DNA of 64,000 nt from Escherichia coli. GTDB taxonomy: Bacteria > Pseudomonadota > Gammaproteobacteria > Enterobacterales > Enterobacteriaceae. Numbering within the stretch: position 1 is the first letter of the stretch; the number at the start of each line of letters is the position of its first letter. The stretch lies in NCBI RefSeq assembly GCF_013315695.1, contig NZ_CP054353.1. The stretch is one strand, 5' to 3'. The notes under the pieces were generated by a model that searched no databases, was not told where the DNA came from, and saw only the letters and a program-made list of their open reading frames with translations. The position numbers and the translations under genes were made by a program. Of this stretch, positions 43,804 through 55,772 are shown piece by piece.

Positions 43804-45384
43804 ATGAGTTATTCTGTGATGTTCGCTTTACTCCTGCTCACGCCGCTGCTTTTTTCGCTGCTCTGTTTTGCCTGCCGGAAACGGGGGCACTCTCCGACTC
43901 GCGCGGTGACAGTATTACATAGCTTAGGGATCACACTGCTGCTGATTCTGGCACTCTGGGTGGTCCAAACTGCCGCTGATGCGGGAGAAATATTCGCTGC
44001 GGGACTGTGGCTTCATATTGATGGTCTGGGCGGTTTGTTCCTCGCCATTCTTGGTGTGATTGGCTTTCTCACCGGTGTTTACTCGATTGGCTACATGCGT
44101 CATAAAGTGGAGCACGGCGAGCTTTCACCCGTTACGCTGTGCGATTACTACGGTTTCTTCCATCTGTTTTTGTTCACCATGCTGCTGGTTGTTACCAGCA
44201 ATAACCTGATTGTGATGTGGGCGGCGATCGAAGCCACCACCTTAAGCTCGGCGTTTCTGGTAGGCATTTACGGTCAGCGTTCATCGCTGGAAGCTGCATG
44301 GAAGTACATCATTATTTGTACTGTTGGTGTCGCTTTTGGTCTGTTCGGTACCGTGCTGGTATACGCCAACGCCGCCAGCGTTATGCCGCAGGCAGAAATG
44401 GCGATATTCTGGAGCGAGGTTCTTAAGCAATCGTCCTTGCTTGACCCAACATTAATGCTGTTGGCCTTTGTGTTTGTGCTAATTGGCTTTGGCACTAAAA
44501 CCGGGCTATTCCCCATGCACGCCTGGCTGCCAGATGCTCACAGTGAAGCGCCGAGTCCGGTCAGCGCCCTGCTCTCCGCCGTATTGCTGAACTGCGCGCT
44601 GTTGGTGCTTATTCGCTATTACATCATTATTTGCCAGGCCATCGGCAGCGATTTCCCCAACCGGTTGTTGCTCATCTTCGGCATGTTGTCGGTTGCCGTG
44701 GCGGCATTTTTCATTCTGGTACAGCGGGACATTAAGCGTCTGCTGGCGTACTCCAGCGTGGAGAACATGGGACTGGTCGCGGTGGCGCTAGGCATTGGCG
44801 GGCCGCTGGGAATTTTTGCTGCGCTGCTGCACACCTTAAACCACAGTCTGGCAAAAACGCTGCTGTTCTGCGGTTCCGGCAATGTACTGCTCAAGTACGG
44901 CACGCGCGATCTCAACGTCGTCTGCGGAATGCTCAAAATCATGCCATTTACCGCCGTGCTGTTTGGCGGCGGTGCGCTGGCGCTGGCCGGGATGCCGCCC
45001 TTCAACATTTTTCTTAGCGAATTTATGACCGTTACCGCCGGACTGGCGCGTAATCACCTGCTGATTATCGTCCTGCTGTTATTGCTGTTAACGCTGGTGC
45101 TGGCGGGCCTGGTACGGATGGCTGCGCGGGTGTTAATGGCGAAACCGCCGCAGGCCGTTAACCGGGGTGAACTTGGCTGGTTGACCACCTCGCCAATGGT
45201 GATTCTGCTGGTCATGATGCTGGCGATGGGAACGCATATTCCACAACCTGTCATCAGGATCCTGGCGGGCGCTTCCACTATAGTCCTCTCAGGGACGCAC
45301 GACCTGCCTGCACAACGTAGCACCTGGCATGATTTTTTGCCTTCAGGCACCGCATCTGTTTCGGAGAAACACAGTGAACGTTAA
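43804..45384 (+). CDS. hyfF: Hydrogenase-4 membrane subunit F (antiporter-like)
   Basis: 526-aa polytopic ORF. Confidence 0.92.
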   Translation: MSYSVMFALLLLTPLLFSLLCFACRKRGHSPTRAVTVLHSLGITLLLILALWVVQTAADAGEIFAAGLWLHIDGLGGLFLAILGVIGFLTGVYSIGYMRHKVEHGELSPVTLCDYYGFFHLFLFTMLLVVTSNNLIVMWAAIEATTLSSAFLVGIYGQRSSLEAAWKYIIICTVGVAFGLFGTVLVYANAASVMPQAEMAIFWSEVLKQSSLLDPTLMLLAFVFVLIGFGTKTGLFPMHAWLPDAHSEAPSPVSALLSAVLLNCALLVLIRYYIIICQAIGSDFPNRLLLIFGMLSVAVAAFFILVQRDIKRLLAYSSVENMGLVAVALGIGGPLGIFAALLHTLNHSLAKTLLFCGSGNVLLKYGTRDLNVVCGMLKIMPFTAVLFGGGALALAGMPPFNIFLSEFMTVTAGLARNHLLIIVLLLLLLTLVLAGLVRMAARVLMAKPPQAVNRGELGWLTTSPMVILLVMMLAMGTHIPQPVIRILAGASTIVLSGTHDLPAQRSTWHDFLPSGTASVSEKHSER

Positions 45385-47089
45385 TTCATCGTCAAATCGT
45401 GGCGAAGCGATTCTCGCCGCCCTGAAAACGCAGTTCCCCGGCGCGGTGCTGGATGAAGAGCGACAAACGCCTGAACAGGTCACCATTACGGTGAAAATAA
45501 ATCTGCTGCCTGACGTTGTACATTATCTTTATTATCAACATGATGGCTGGCTTCCGGTCCTGTTTGGCAACGACGAGCGGACACTTAACGGTCATTACGC
45601 GGTTTATTATGCCCTTTCAATGGAAGGGGCCGAAAAATGCTGGATCGTGGTGAAGGCACTGGTCGATGCCGACAGTCGGGAGTTTCCGTCAGTCACACCG
45701 CGCGTCCCTGCCGCGGTCTGGGGCGAGCGAGAAATTCGCGATATGTACGGGTTGATTCCGGTTGGCCTGCCGGATCAGCGTCGGCTGGTGTTGCCCGATG
45801 ACTGGCCGGAAGATATGCATCCGCTGCGCAAAGACGCGATGGATTATCGACTGCGCCCAGAACCGACGACTGATACCGAAACGTATCCGTTTATCAACGA
45901 GGGCAACAGCGATGCGCGGGTGATCCCTGTCGGCCCGCTGCATATCACCTCCGATGAACCAGGTCACTTCCGCTTGTTTGTGGATGGCGAGCAAATTGTC
46001 GATGCTGATTACCGCCTGTTTTATGTCCATCGCGGCATGGAGAAACTGGCAGAAACGCGGATGGGCTACAACGAAGTGACCTTCTTGTCGGACCGCGTGT
46101 GTGGGATTTGCGGTTTTGCCCACAGTGTGGCCTATACCAACTCGGTTGAAAATGCACTGGGGATTGAGGTGCCGCAACGAGCGCATACTATTCGCTCGAT
46201 TCTGCTGGAAGTCGAACGGCTGCATAGTCATTTGCTCAACCTTGGCCTCTCCTGCCATTTTGTTGGTTTTGATACCGGCTTTATGCAATTTTTCCGCGTG
46301 CGGGAAAAGTCGATGACGATGGCGGAATTGCTGACCGGGTCGCGTAAAACCTACGGTCTGAATCTGATTGGTGGTGTTCGCCGCGATATTCTCAAAGAGC
46401 AACGTCTGCAAACGCTGAAACTGGTGCGCGAGATGCGTGCCGACGTGTCGGAGCTGGTAGAGATGCTGCTTGCCACGCCGAATATGGAACAACGCACTCA
46501 GGGCATTGGCATTCTCGACCGACAAATCGCCCGTGATTATAGCCCCGTAGGGCCGCTGATCCGCGGCAGTGGTTTTGCCCGTGATTTGCGCTTTGATCAC
46601 CCCTACGCCGACTACGGCAATATTCCCAAAACGCTGTTTACCTTTACCGGCGGCGATGTCTTCTCCCGCGTGATGGTCCGTGTCAAAGAGACGTTTGATT
46701 CGCTGGCAATGCTGGAATTTGCCCTCGACAACATGCCGGATACCCCACTGCTGACCGAAGGCTTTAGCTATAAACCTCACGCATTCGCGCTGGGCTTTGT
46801 TGAAGCGCCACGCGGTGAAGACGTGCACTGGAGCATGCTCGGTGATAACCAAAAATTGTTCCGCTGGCGCTGTCGTGCCGCCACCTACGCCAACTGGCCA
46901 GTGCTGCGTTACATGCTGCGCGGCAATACCGTTTCTGACGCACCGCTGATTATCGGTAGCCTTGATCCCTGTTACTCCTGTACCGACCGTGTGACGCTGG
47001 TTGATGTGCGCAAGCGCCAGTCAAAAACCGTGCCGTATAAAGAGATCGAACGCTACGGCATTGATCGTAACCGTTCGCCGCTGAAGTAA
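45374..47089 (+). CDS. hyfG: Hydrogenase-4 [NiFe] large subunit HyfG (HycE-like); start codon uncertain (GTG proposed)
   Basis: N-terminal CxxC (RVCGICG) and C-terminal DPCYSCTDR Ni-binding motifs; GTG 45374 preceded by GGAGA; overlaps hyfF 3' end. Confidence 0.85.
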   Translation: MNVNSSSNRGEAILAALKTQFPGAVLDEERQTPEQVTITVKINLLPDVVHYLYYQHDGWLPVLFGNDERTLNGHYAVYYALSMEGAEKCWIVVKALVDADSREFPSVTPRVPAAVWGEREIRDMYGLIPVGLPDQRRLVLPDDWPEDMHPLRKDAMDYRLRPEPTTDTETYPFINEGNSDARVIPVGPLHITSDEPGHFRLFVDGEQIVDADYRLFYVHRGMEKLAETRMGYNEVTFLSDRVCGICGFAHSVAYTNSVENALGIEVPQRAHTIRSILLEVERLHSHLLNLGLSCHFVGFDTGFMQFFRVREKSMTMAELLTGSRKTYGLNLIGGVRRDILKEQRLQTLKLVREMRADVSELVEMLLATPNMEQRTQGIGILDRQIARDYSPVGPLIRGSGFARDLRFDHPYADYGNIPKTLFTFTGGDVFSRVMVRVKETFDSLAMLEFALDNMPDTPLLTEGFSYKPHAFALGFVEAPRGEDVHWSMLGDNQKLFRWRCRAATYANWPVLRYMLRGNTVSDAPLIIGSLDPCYSCTDRVTLVDVRKRQSKTVPYKEIERYGIDRNRSPLK

Positions 47090-47098
47090 GGACAGAAA

Positions 47099-47644
47099 AT
47101 GCTGAAGTTACTGAAAACTATTATGCGCGCCGGAACCGCGACGGTGAAATATCCCTTCGCGCCACTGGAGGTCAGCCCAGGCTTTCGCGGGAAACCGGAC
47201 CTGATGCCCAGCCAATGTATTGCCTGCGGTGCCTGCGCCTGTGCTTGTCCGGCAAATGCGCTGACTATCCAGACCGACGACCAGCAAAATACGCGCACCT
47301 GGCAGCTCTATCTGGGGCGTTGTATTTACTGCGGACGTTGTGAAGAAGTGTGCCCGACCAGAGCCATTCAGCTTACCAATAACTTTGAACTGACCGTCAC
47401 CAATAAAGCCGATCTCTATACCCGCGCGACGTTCCATCTACAACGTTGCAGCCGTTGCGAACGCCCGTTTGCCCCGCAAAAAACCGTCGCACTGGCTGCA
47501 GAACTGTTGGCACAGCAACAAAATGCACCACAAAACCGCGAAATGTTACGGGCGCAAGCGAGCGTCTGCCCGGAATGCAAACAACGCGCGACGCTGATCA
47601 ACGACGACACAAATGAACCGCTGGTGGCTAAGGAGCAGCTATGA
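47099..47644 (+). CDS. hyfH: Hydrogenase-4 Fe-S subunit H (NuoI-like, two 4Fe-4S)
   Basis: 181-aa ORF with [12 protein letters not shown] and [12 protein letters not shown] motifs. Confidence 0.92.
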   Translation: MLKLLKTIMRAGTATVKYPFAPLEVSPGFRGKPDLMPSQCIACGACACACPANALTIQTDDQQNTRTWQLYLGRCIYCGRCEEVCPTRAIQLTNNFELTVTNKADLYTRATFHLQRCSRCERPFAPQKTVALAAELLAQQQNAPQNREMLRAQASVCPECKQRATLINDDTNEPLVAKEQL

Positions 47645-48399
47645 GTCCAGTGCTTACGCAACATGTCAGCCAGCCCATTACGCTGGACGAGCAAACGCAA
47701 AAGATGAAGCAGCATTTGCTACAGGATATCCGTCGCTCGGCTTACGTTTATCGCGTCGATTGCGGCGGCTGTAACGCCTGCGAAATCGAAATTTTTGCTG
47801 CCATCACACCCGTATTCGACGCAGAACGTTTTGGCATTAAGGTTGTTTCATCACCGCGTCACGCCGATATTTTGTTATTTACTGGCGCAGTCACCCGGGC
47901 GATGCGTATGCCTGCACTTCGGGCATATGAGTCTGCCCCCGATCATAAAATCTGTGTTTCCTACGGCGCGTGCGGTGTCGGCGGCGGTATTTTCCACGAT
48001 CTTTACAGCGTCTGGGGCGGCAGCGACACCATTGTCCCCATTGATGTTTGGATCCCCGGCTGCCCGCCAACACCGGTCGCCACCATTCACGGTTTCGCCG
48101 TGGCGCTCGGTTTGCTGCAACAGAAGATTCACGCGGTGGATTATCGCGATCCCACCGGGGTGACCATGCAACCGCTGTGGCCGCAGATCCCGCCATCACA
48201 GCGTATCGCCATTGAGCGAGAAGCGAGGCGGTTGGCGGGCTATCGTCAGGGGCGAGAAATTTGCGATCGGCTCCTGCGCCATTTAAGCGACGATCCTACA
48301 GGAAATCGGGTTAACACCTGGTTGCGCGAAGCTGACGATCCACGTCTCAATAGTATCGTTCAGCAACTCTTTCGCGTTCTCCGGGGGTTACATGGCTGA
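47641..48399 (+). CDS. hyfI: Hydrogenase-4 small subunit I (NuoB-like)
   Basis: 252-aa ORF; ATGA overlap with hyfH. Confidence 0.92.
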   Translation: MSPVLTQHVSQPITLDEQTQKMKQHLLQDIRRSAYVYRVDCGGCNACEIEIFAAITPVFDAERFGIKVVSSPRHADILLFTGAVTRAMRMPALRAYESAPDHKICVSYGACGVGGGIFHDLYSVWGGSDTIVPIDVWIPGCPPTPVATIHGFAVALGLLQQKIHAVDYRDPTGVTMQPLWPQIPPSQRIAIEREARRLAGYRQGREICDRLLRHLSDDPTGNRVNTWLREADDPRLNSIVQQLFRVLRGLHG

Positions 48400-48805
48400 G
48401 GCGTGCGGGGAAATTGTTTTCTGGACGCTGCGAAAAAAGTTTGTCGCCAGTAGCGACGAGATGCCGGAACACAGCTCTCAGGTAATGTATTACTCGCTGG
48501 CTATCGGCCATCACGTTGGCGTGATTGATTGTCTGAATGTCGCCTTCCGCTGCCCACTGACGGAATACGAAGATTGGCTTGCACTGGTCGAAGAGGAGCA
48601 AGCCCGACGTAAGATGCTGGGGGTGATGACTTTTGGTGAGATTGTTATTGACGCCAGCCACACCGCCCTGTTGACCCGGGCATTCGCGCCAGTGGCAGAT
48701 GACGCGACGTCGGCGTGGCAGGCGCGTAGCATTCAATTCATTCATCTGTTGGATGAAATTGTGCAGGAACCGGCCATCTATCTGATGGCCAGAAAAATTG
48801 CGTGA
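48392..48805 (+). CDS. hyfJ: HyfJ (HycH-like hydrogenase assembly/maturation factor)
   Basis: 137-aa ORF, operon position. Confidence 0.88.
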   Translation: MAEACGEIVFWTLRKKFVASSDEMPEHSSQVMYYSLAIGHHVGVIDCLNVAFRCPLTEYEDWLALVEEEQARRKMLGVMTFGEIVIDASHTALLTRAFAPVADDATSAWQARSIQFIHLLDEIVQEPAIYLMARKIA

Positions 48806-48834
48806 GAAGGATTTCTCATTAATAAGGACTGTTG

Positions 48835-50847
48835 ATGGCTATGTCAGACGAGGCGATGTTTGCCCCGCCGCAAGGAATAACAATTGAAGCGGTAAACGGA
48901 ATGCTCGCGGAGCGGTTAGCGCAGAAACACGGCAAGGCGTCTTTATTACGCGCCTTCATCCCGCTGCCGCCGCCGTTCAGCCCGGTACAACTTATTGAAC
49001 TGCATGTTCTCAAAAGCAACTTCTATTACCGCTACCATGATGATGGCAGCGATGTGACGGCAACAACAGAGTATCAGGGTGAGATGGTCGATTATTCGCG
49101 CCACGCCGTCCTTCTCGGCAGTAGTGGAATGGCGGAGCTACGCTTTATTCGCACTCACGGCAGCCGTTTTACTCCCCAGGATTGCACACTGTTTAACTGG
49201 CTGGCACACATAATCACTCCGGTTCTGCAATCATGGCTCAATGATGAAGAACAGCAGGTGGCGCTGCGTTTGCTGGAGAAAGATCGCGATCATCATCGGG
49301 TACTGGTGGATATCACTAATGCAGTGTTGTCACATCTTGATCTCGACGATCTGATCGCTGACGTCGCTCGTGAGATCCATCATTTTTTCGGTCTGGCTTC
49401 AGTCAGTATGGTACTGGGCGATCATCGAAAGAACGAGAAGTTCAGCCTGTGGTGCAGCGATCTTTCTGCCTCACATTGTGCGTGTCTGCCACGCTGTATG
49501 CCTGGCGAAAGTGTATTGCTGACACAAACGCTACAAACCCGACAACCGACCTTGACGCACCGTGCAGACGATCTGTTTCTCTGGCAACGCGACCCGTTAT
49601 TACACTTACTTGCATCTAACGGCTGCGAATCTGCGCTCCTTATACCGCTCACCTTTGGCAACCATACACCGGGTGCATTGTTGCTGGCGCATACCTCTTC
49701 CACTCTCTTTAGTGAGGAAAACTGCCAGCTACTACAACATATTGCCGATCGCATCGCTATTGCCGTTGGCAATGCCGATGCCTGGCGTAGCATGACCGAT
49801 TTGCAGGAAAGCTTGCAGCAAGAAAACCACCAGCTTAGCGAGCAGCTCCTTTCGAATCTGGGCGTCGGTGACATTATCTATCAAAGCCAGGCAATGGAAG
49901 ATTTGCTCCAGCAGGTAGATATTGTGGCGAAGAGCGACAGTACGGTGTTGATTTGTGGTGAAACCGGAACCGGCAAAGAGGTGATCGCCAGAGCGATCCA
50001 TCAACTTAGCCCACGACGCGACAAGCCACTGGTCAAAATCAACTGCGCTGCCATCCCCGCCAGTCTTCTGGAAAGTGAGTTATTCGGTCATGACAAAGGG
50101 GCATTTACTGGTGCGATTAATACCCATCGTGGTCGTTTTGAAATTGCCGATGGCGGCACGTTGTTTCTCGATGAAATTGGCGATCTGCCGTTAGAACTTC
50201 AGCCTAAACTGCTGCGCGTATTGCAGGAACGGGAGATTGAGCGTCTCGGCGGGAGTAGAACGATCCCGGTAAATGTCAGAGTCATTGCCGCCACCAACCG
50301 TGATTTGTGGCAAATGGTTGAAGATCGCCAGTTTCGCAGCGATCTCTTTTATCGCCTGAATGTCTTCCCACTGGAACTGCCGCCACTGCGCGACCGTCCG
50401 GAAGATATCCCTCTTTTAGCAAAGCATTTCACGCAAAAAATGGCGCGCCATATGAATCGCGCAATTGACGCCATCCCGACCGAGGCGCTACGCCAGTTGA
50501 TGTCGTGGGACTGGCCGGGCAACGTGCGCGAGCTGGAAAACGTGATTGAGCGAGCGGTACTACTGACTCGCGGTAACAGTCTGAATTTACATCTTAATGT
50601 CCGACAAAGCCGTTTACTGCCGACGCTAAATGAAGATTCAGCGCTTCGCAGTTCAATGGTGCAGTTGCTGCACCCGACGACGCCAGAGAATGACGAAGAA
50701 GAACGTCAGCGCATTGTTCAGGTATTGCGAGAAACCAATGGCATTGTTGCCGGGCCCCGTGGCGCGGCGACGCGATTAGGGATGAAGCGCACCACGCTGC
50801 TGTCACGAATGCAGCGTCTGGGGATCTCGGTTCGCGAGGTGTTGTAA
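48835..50847 (+). CDS. hyfR: Sigma-54-dependent transcriptional activator HyfR (FhlA-like)
   Basis: 670-aa product MAMSDEAMF...; GAF region, AAA+ sigma-54 interaction domain ([14 protein letters not shown]), C-terminal HTH. Confidence 0.93.
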   Translation: MAMSDEAMFAPPQGITIEAVNGMLAERLAQKHGKASLLRAFIPLPPPFSPVQLIELHVLKSNFYYRYHDDGSDVTATTEYQGEMVDYSRHAVLLGSSGMAELRFIRTHGSRFTPQDCTLFNWLAHIITPVLQSWLNDEEQQVALRLLEKDRDHHRVLVDITNAVLSHLDLDDLIADVAREIHHFFGLASVSMVLGDHRKNEKFSLWCSDLSASHCACLPRCMPGESVLLTQTLQTRQPTLTHRADDLFLWQRDPLLHLLASNGCESALLIPLTFGNHTPGALLLAHTSSTLFSEENCQLLQHIADRIAIAVGNADAWRSMTDLQESLQQENHQLSEQLLSNLGVGDIIYQSQAMEDLLQQVDIVAKSDSTVLICGETGTGKEVIARAIHQLSPRRDKPLVKINCAAIPASLLESELFGHDKGAFTGAINTHRGRFEIADGGTLFLDEIGDLPLELQPKLLRVLQEREIERLGGSRTIPVNVRVIAATNRDLWQMVEDRQFRSDLFYRLNVFPLELPPLRDRPEDIPLLAKHFTQKMARHMNRAIDAIPTEALRQLMSWDWPGNVRELENVIERAVLLTRGNSLNLHLNVRQSRLLPTLNEDSALRSSMVQLLHPTTPENDEEERQRIVQVLRETNGIVAGPRGAATRLGMKRTTLLSRMQRLGISVREVL

Positions 50848-50868
50848 TCTGCTTTTGCAGGAGTATTC

Positions 50869-51717
50869 ATGAGAAACAAACTCTCTTTCGACTTGCAGTT
50901 GAGCGCCAGAAAAGCGGCAATCGCTGAACGGATTGCCGCCCATAAAATTGCCCGCAGCAAAGTGTCGGTCTTTTTAATGGCGATGTCCGCAGGTGTGTTT
51001 ATGGCGATCGGATTTACTTTTTACCTTACCGTTATCGCCGATGCCCCGTCTTCACAGGCATTAACCCATCTGGTGGGAGGCCTTTGCTTTACACTCGGCT
51101 TTATTTTGCTGGCGGTTTGCGGCACCAGCCTGTTCACCTCGTCGGTAATGACGGTGATGGCAAAAAGTCGGGGCGTTATTAGTTGGCGAACATGGCTGAT
51201 TAACGCACTTCTGGTGGCCTGCGGTAATCTGGCAGGTATTGCCTGTTTCAGTTTGTTAATCTGGTTTTCCGGGCTGGTGATGAGTGAAAACGCGATGTGG
51301 GGAGTCGCGGTTTTACACTGCGCCGAGGGCAAAATGCATCATACATTTACTGAATCAGTCAGCCTCGGCATTATGTGCAATGTGATGGTTTGCCTGGCGC
51401 TGTGGATGAGTTATTGCGGACGTTCGTTATGCGACAAAATCGTCGCCATGATTTTGCCCATCACCCTGTTTGTCGCCAGTGGCTTTGAGCACTGTATCGC
51501 CAATTTGTTTGTGATTCCGTTCGCCATTGCCATTCGCCATTTCGCCCCTACCTCCTTCTGGCAACTGGCGCACAGTAGCGCAGACCATTTTCCGGCACTG
51601 ACGGTCAGCCATTTTATTACCGCCAATCTGCTCCCGGTGATGCTGGGTAATATTATCGGCGGTGCAGTGCTGGTGAGTATTTGTTATCGGGCTATTTATT
51701 TACGTCAGGAACCCTAA
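50869..51717 (+). CDS. focB: Formate channel FocB (FNT family)
   Basis: 282-aa polytopic ORF, FNT family. Confidence 0.92.
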   Translation: MRNKLSFDLQLSARKAAIAERIAAHKIARSKVSVFLMAMSAGVFMAIGFTFYLTVIADAPSSQALTHLVGGLCFTLGFILLAVCGTSLFTSSVMTVMAKSRGVISWRTWLINALLVACGNLAGIACFSLLIWFSGLVMSENAMWGVAVLHCAEGKMHHTFTESVSLGIMCNVMVCLALWMSYCGRSLCDKIVAMILPITLFVASGFEHCIANLFVIPFAIAIRHFAPTSFWQLAHSSADHFPALTVSHFITANLLPVMLGNIIGGAVLVSICYRAIYLRQEP

Positions 51718-51753
51718 AAATCAGCCCGGCGAAACAGTTCGTCGGGCTGAAGA

Positions 51754-52815
51754 TTATTCTTGCGCGATTTGCCCATCGGGCCAGGCGTGAATCACGGCTT
51801 TGATCAACGTCGCCAATGGAATGGCGAAGAATACGCCCCAGAATCCCCACAAACCACCGAAGATCACTACTGATAAAATAATGACCAGCGGATGCAGGTT
51901 AACCGCTTCGGAGAACAACACAGGTACTAACAGGTTGCCGTCCAGCGCCTGAATAATCAGATACACCGCGAAGCAGCTCCAGAATTCCGTGCCAGCACCA
52001 AACTGGAATAGCGCCACGCCAACCACCGGAATGGTCACCACAAATGCACCAATGTACGGAATAAGTACCGAGAAGCCGACCAGCACCGCCAGCAGCAGCG
52101 AATAGTTCAGCCCGAAGAGTAAGAACCCCAGCCAGGTGGCGATCCCCACCACGATCATCTCCAGCACTTTGCCGCGGATATAGTTGGTGATTTGTTGATT
52201 CATCTCCTTCCACACCTGTCCTGCCAGCCCACGGTTGCGCGGCAGCACCCGGCGAACGGCATTCAGCATCTGCTCTTTGTCTTTCAGCAGGAAGAAGACC
52301 ATCAATGGTACCAGCACCAGATAGACGGCAATGGTCAGCAAACCGACCAGCGAGGCGAGGGAAATTTTCACCACCGAATCGCCCATGGTCAGCATCCGAC
52401 TGCGCATATTTTCGGCCATTGCATCAATAATGCCCGCGTCCATTAACGCCGGATAGCGGCGCGGCAACGTGGCGGCAAAGTCAGAAAGCTTATTGAGCAT
52501 CCCCGGCATATCGCGAATTAAGTAGATGCCCTGCTGCCAGGCGATAGGCAATACCACGAACGCCATCAGTAGCAATATACCGACGAAAACCACCAATACA
52601 ATCGACGTCGCCCAGCGGCGGGAGCAGCCAATAGATTGCAGGCGCACGGTTGGCCATTCCAGCAAATAGGCCAGCACAATAGCCACCAGCAACGGAGCAA
52701 GCAGGCCACTAAAGAAAAAGATAATGCCAAATCCGGCAACTAAAATAACCAGCAAGGCAATCGCTTCCGGGTCGCTAAAACGGCGGCGATACCATTGCAT
52801 CAACATTTCGAGCAT
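51754..52815 (-). CDS. perM: PerM (YfgO), AI-2E family permease
   Basis: 353-aa polytopic membrane ORF. Confidence 0.88.
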   Translation of the reverse strand: MLEMLMQWYRRRFSDPEAIALLVILVAGFGIIFFFSGLLAPLLVAIVLAYLLEWPTVRLQSIGCSRRWATSIVLVVFVGILLLMAFVVLPIAWQQGIYLIRDMPGMLNKLSDFAATLPRRYPALMDAGIIDAMAENMRSRMLTMGDSVVKISLASLVGLLTIAVYLVLVPLMVFFLLKDKEQMLNAVRRVLPRNRGLAGQVWKEMNQQITNYIRGKVLEMIVVGIATWLGFLLFGLNYSLLLAVLVGFSVLIPYIGAFVVTIPVVGVALFQFGAGTEFWSCFAVYLIIQALDGNLLVPVLFSEAVNLHPLVIILSVVIFGGLWGFWGVFFAIPLATLIKAVIHAWPDGQIAQE

Positions 52816-53027
52816 AAAGACCTTCCCTGAACCTCAAGAGCGGGATTGCGATCCGCAATTGTATCGAAATGTCACAAAAAAGACTTCGCTTTTTATGACG
52901 GATTCAGGAAACTGAAAAGTCATTTGAGTGGGCTAATCTTCGCCGTTACACTCAAAGGCGGCGCGGTGGGAACGATATTTCACAGTATCGGTCAAATGAC
53001 TATCTTCAGAAATACAGGATAGAGGTT

Positions 53028-54491
53028 ATGTTCAGGCAGTTGAAAAAAAACCTGGTTGCAACCCTCATTGCTGCTATGACCATTGGTCAGGTAGCCCCGG
53101 CGTTTGCCGATAGCGCAGACACCTTGCCGGATATGGGAACCTCCGCAGGAAGCACGCTTTCCATTGGTCAGGAAATGCAGATGGGCGACTATTATGTCCG
53201 CCAGCTACGCGGCAGCGCGCCGTTAATTAATGACCCGCTGTTAACGCAATATATTAATTCGCTGGGTATGCGTCTGGTTTCGCATGCCAATTCGGTTAAG
53301 ACACCGTTTCATTTCTTTCTGATCAACAACGACGAAATTAACGCCTTTGCTTTCTTTGGCGGCAACGTGGTGCTGCACTCTGCCCTGTTCCGTTATTCCG
53401 ATAACGAAAGTCAACTGGCTTCAGTTATGGCGCACGAAATCTCCCACGTCACCCAACGTCACCTGGCGCGAGCGATGGAAGATCAGCAGCGCAGCGCGCC
53501 GCTGACCTGGGTCGGCGCGTTAGGTTCTATTTTACTGGCGATGGCCAGTCCGCAGGCGGGGATGGCGGCGCTGACCGGTACACTGGCGGGAACGCGCCAG
53601 GGGATGATCAGTTTCACCCAGCAAAATGAACAGGAAGCGGACCGCATTGGTATTCAGGTGCTGCAACGCTCGGGATTCGATCCGCAGGCGATGCCGACCT
53701 TCCTCGAAAAATTACTCGATCAGGCGCGTTACTCCTCGCGCCCACCAGAAATTCTGCTCACTCACCCACTACCGGAAAGCCGTCTGGCTGATGCCCGTAA
53801 CCGTGCCAATCAGATGCGCCCGATGGTGGTGCAATCGTCAGAAGATTTCTATCTGGCAAAAGTGCGCACACTGGGGATGTATAATTCCGGACGTAATCAG
53901 CTCACCAGTGATTTGCTGGATGAATGGGCAAAAGGAAACGTTCGTCAGCAACGAGCGGCGCAATATGGTCGTGCTCTACAGTCGATGGAAGCCAATAAAT
54001 ACGACGAGGCGCGTAAAACGCTGCAACCGTTACTGGCGGCAGAACCTGGCAACGCATGGTATCTCGATCTGGCTACCGATATCGATCTTGGGCAAAACAA
54101 AGCCAATGAGGCAATCAATCGCCTGAAAAATGCCCGTGATTTGCGCACCAATCCGGTGTTGCAGCTCAACCTGGCGAACGCTTATCTGCAAGGCGGTCAA
54201 CCACAAGAAGCGGCCAATATTCTGAATCGCTACACTTTTAATAATAAAGATGACAGCAACGGCTGGGATTTACTGGCACAGGCGGAAGCCGCGCTAAATA
54301 ACCGCGATCAGGAACTGGCTGCGCGAGCAGAAGGTTATGCGCTCGCCGGGCGACTCGATCAGGCCATTTCCTTGTTGAGTAGCGCCAGTTCGCAGGTGAA
54401 ATTAGGCAGCCTGCAACAAGCGCGTTACGATGCGCGCATCGACCAGTTGCGCCAGCTGCAGGAACGCTTTAAGCCTTATACCAAGATGTAA
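53028..54491 (+). CDS. bepA: Periplasmic beta-barrel assembly-enhancing protease BepA (M48 peptidase with TPR)
   Basis: 487-aa ORF with signal peptide and HEISH zinc motif. Confidence 0.93.
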   Translation: MFRQLKKNLVATLIAAMTIGQVAPAFADSADTLPDMGTSAGSTLSIGQEMQMGDYYVRQLRGSAPLINDPLLTQYINSLGMRLVSHANSVKTPFHFFLINNDEINAFAFFGGNVVLHSALFRYSDNESQLASVMAHEISHVTQRHLARAMEDQQRSAPLTWVGALGSILLAMASPQAGMAALTGTLAGTRQGMISFTQQNEQEADRIGIQVLQRSGFDPQAMPTFLEKLLDQARYSSRPPEILLTHPLPESRLADARNRANQMRPMVVQSSEDFYLAKVRTLGMYNSGRNQLTSDLLDEWAKGNVRQQRAAQYGRALQSMEANKYDEARKTLQPLLAAEPGNAWYLDLATDIDLGQNKANEAINRLKNARDLRTNPVLQLNLANAYLQGGQPQEAANILNRYTFNNKDDSNGWDLLAQAEAALNNRDQELAARAEGYALAGRLDQAISLLSSASSQVKLGSLQQARYDARIDQLRQLQERFKPYTKM

Positions 54492-54511
54492 TTCGCATTA
54501 AAGGAAGAACA

Positions 54512-54871
54512 ATGACCAAACAGGTAAAAATCTACCATAACCCACGCTGTTCAAAGAGCCGGGAAACGCTGAACCTGCTGAAAGAAAACGGCGTGGAGCC
54601 AGAAGTGGTGCTCTACCTTGAGACACCCGCCGATGCGGCAACGCTGCGCGATTTGCTGAAAATGCTGGGAATGAATAGCGCTCGTGAATTGATGCGCCAG
54701 AAAGAGGATCTTTATAAAGAACTGAACCTGGCTGACAGTTCGCTTAGCGAAGGGGCGCTTATTCAGGCAATGGTGGATAATCCGAAGCTAATGGAGCGCC
54801 CGATTGTGGTCGCGAATGGCAAAGCGCGGATTGGTCGTCCACCGGAGCTGGTACTGGAAATCGTGGGTTAA
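54512..54871 (+). CDS. yfgD: ArsC-family protein YfgD
   Basis: 119-aa ORF MTKQVKIYHNPRCSKSRETL..., arsenate-reductase-like fold. Confidence 0.9.
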   Translation: MTKQVKIYHNPRCSKSRETLNLLKENGVEPEVVLYLETPADAATLRDLLKMLGMNSARELMRQKEDLYKELNLADSSLSEGALIQAMVDNPKLMERPIVVANGKARIGRPPELVLEIVG

Positions 54872-54901
54872 GAAGTGCTCCATCGCTAGTTGAAGCACAT
54901 T

Positions 54902-54935
54902 GCCGGATGCGACGCTTGCCGCGTCTTATCCGGCC
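54902..54935. repeat. REP element between yfgD and hda
   Basis: GCCGGATGCGACGCTTGCCGCGTCTTATCCGGCC. Confidence 0.8.
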
Positions 54936-54976
54936 GACGAATACTATGGGTGCATTTCCGACAATAAACGTCTTGT

Positions 54977-55678
54977 CTACAGTTTCAGAATTTCTTTCAC
55001 AAACGGAATGGTCAGCTTACGTTGCGCGGTAATCGACGCACGATCCAGCTGATCCAGCGTCATAAATAACGTGCGCATTTCTCTGTCGAGCCGCTTCAGC
55101 AAGAAACGCCCCACATCTTCCGGCAGTTCAAAACCACGCAAACGAGCGCGTAACTGTAGCGCCTGCAACTTATCTTCATCAGAAAGTGGCTGCAATTTGT
55201 AGATCTGCCCCCAGTCGAGACGCGACGCGAGATCCGGTAATCCCAGATTCAACTGCCGCGGTGGACGATCGCCGGTGATCAACAACCGTGTTTTACCCGA
55301 TTCCAGAATTCGATTGTAGAGATCGAAAATCGCCATCTCCCACAACTCATCGCCTGCAATACACTCAATGTTGTCGATACAGACCAGCGACAAATGCTCC
55401 ATACCGTCGAGCACTTCCGGAACAAACCAGGTGCGTTTATCCAGCGGGACATAGCCCACCGCATCGCCACGCTGTGACAATTCCGCGCAAGCCGCGTGCA
55501 GCAGATGGCTGCGCCCCGCGCCTTCGCGTGCCCAGAGATAGATGTAACCGCTATGTTCCTGACGCAGCACGTTTTGCAGCGCGGCCAGTAAAGAGGAGTT
55601 ATCCCCCGGCCAGAAACTTGCAAAGGTTTCGTCGTCAGGAAGATAAAGTGGCAAAGAGAGCTGTGCCGGTGTGTTCAG
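54977..55678 (-). CDS. hda: DnaA-inactivating protein Hda (233 aa), CUG start codon
   Basis: Product (M)[18 protein letters not shown]... begins at CTG (rc of 55676-55678) with GAGG SD upstream; the track ORF is extended to an upstream in-frame ATG. Confidence 0.85.
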
Positions 55679-55772
55679 AGATACCTCAACCAGGATTTCA
55701 CAAAATCGCGAGAAGTTTACCACAGAATCCCATGATGTTTGAACCGGGCAGCAACACTGCCCGGTCGGTACA

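Noticed and set aside
45689-46852. 387-aa - strand ORF
   Set aside because: Antisense to hyfG (the [NiFe] large subunit); shadow ORF.
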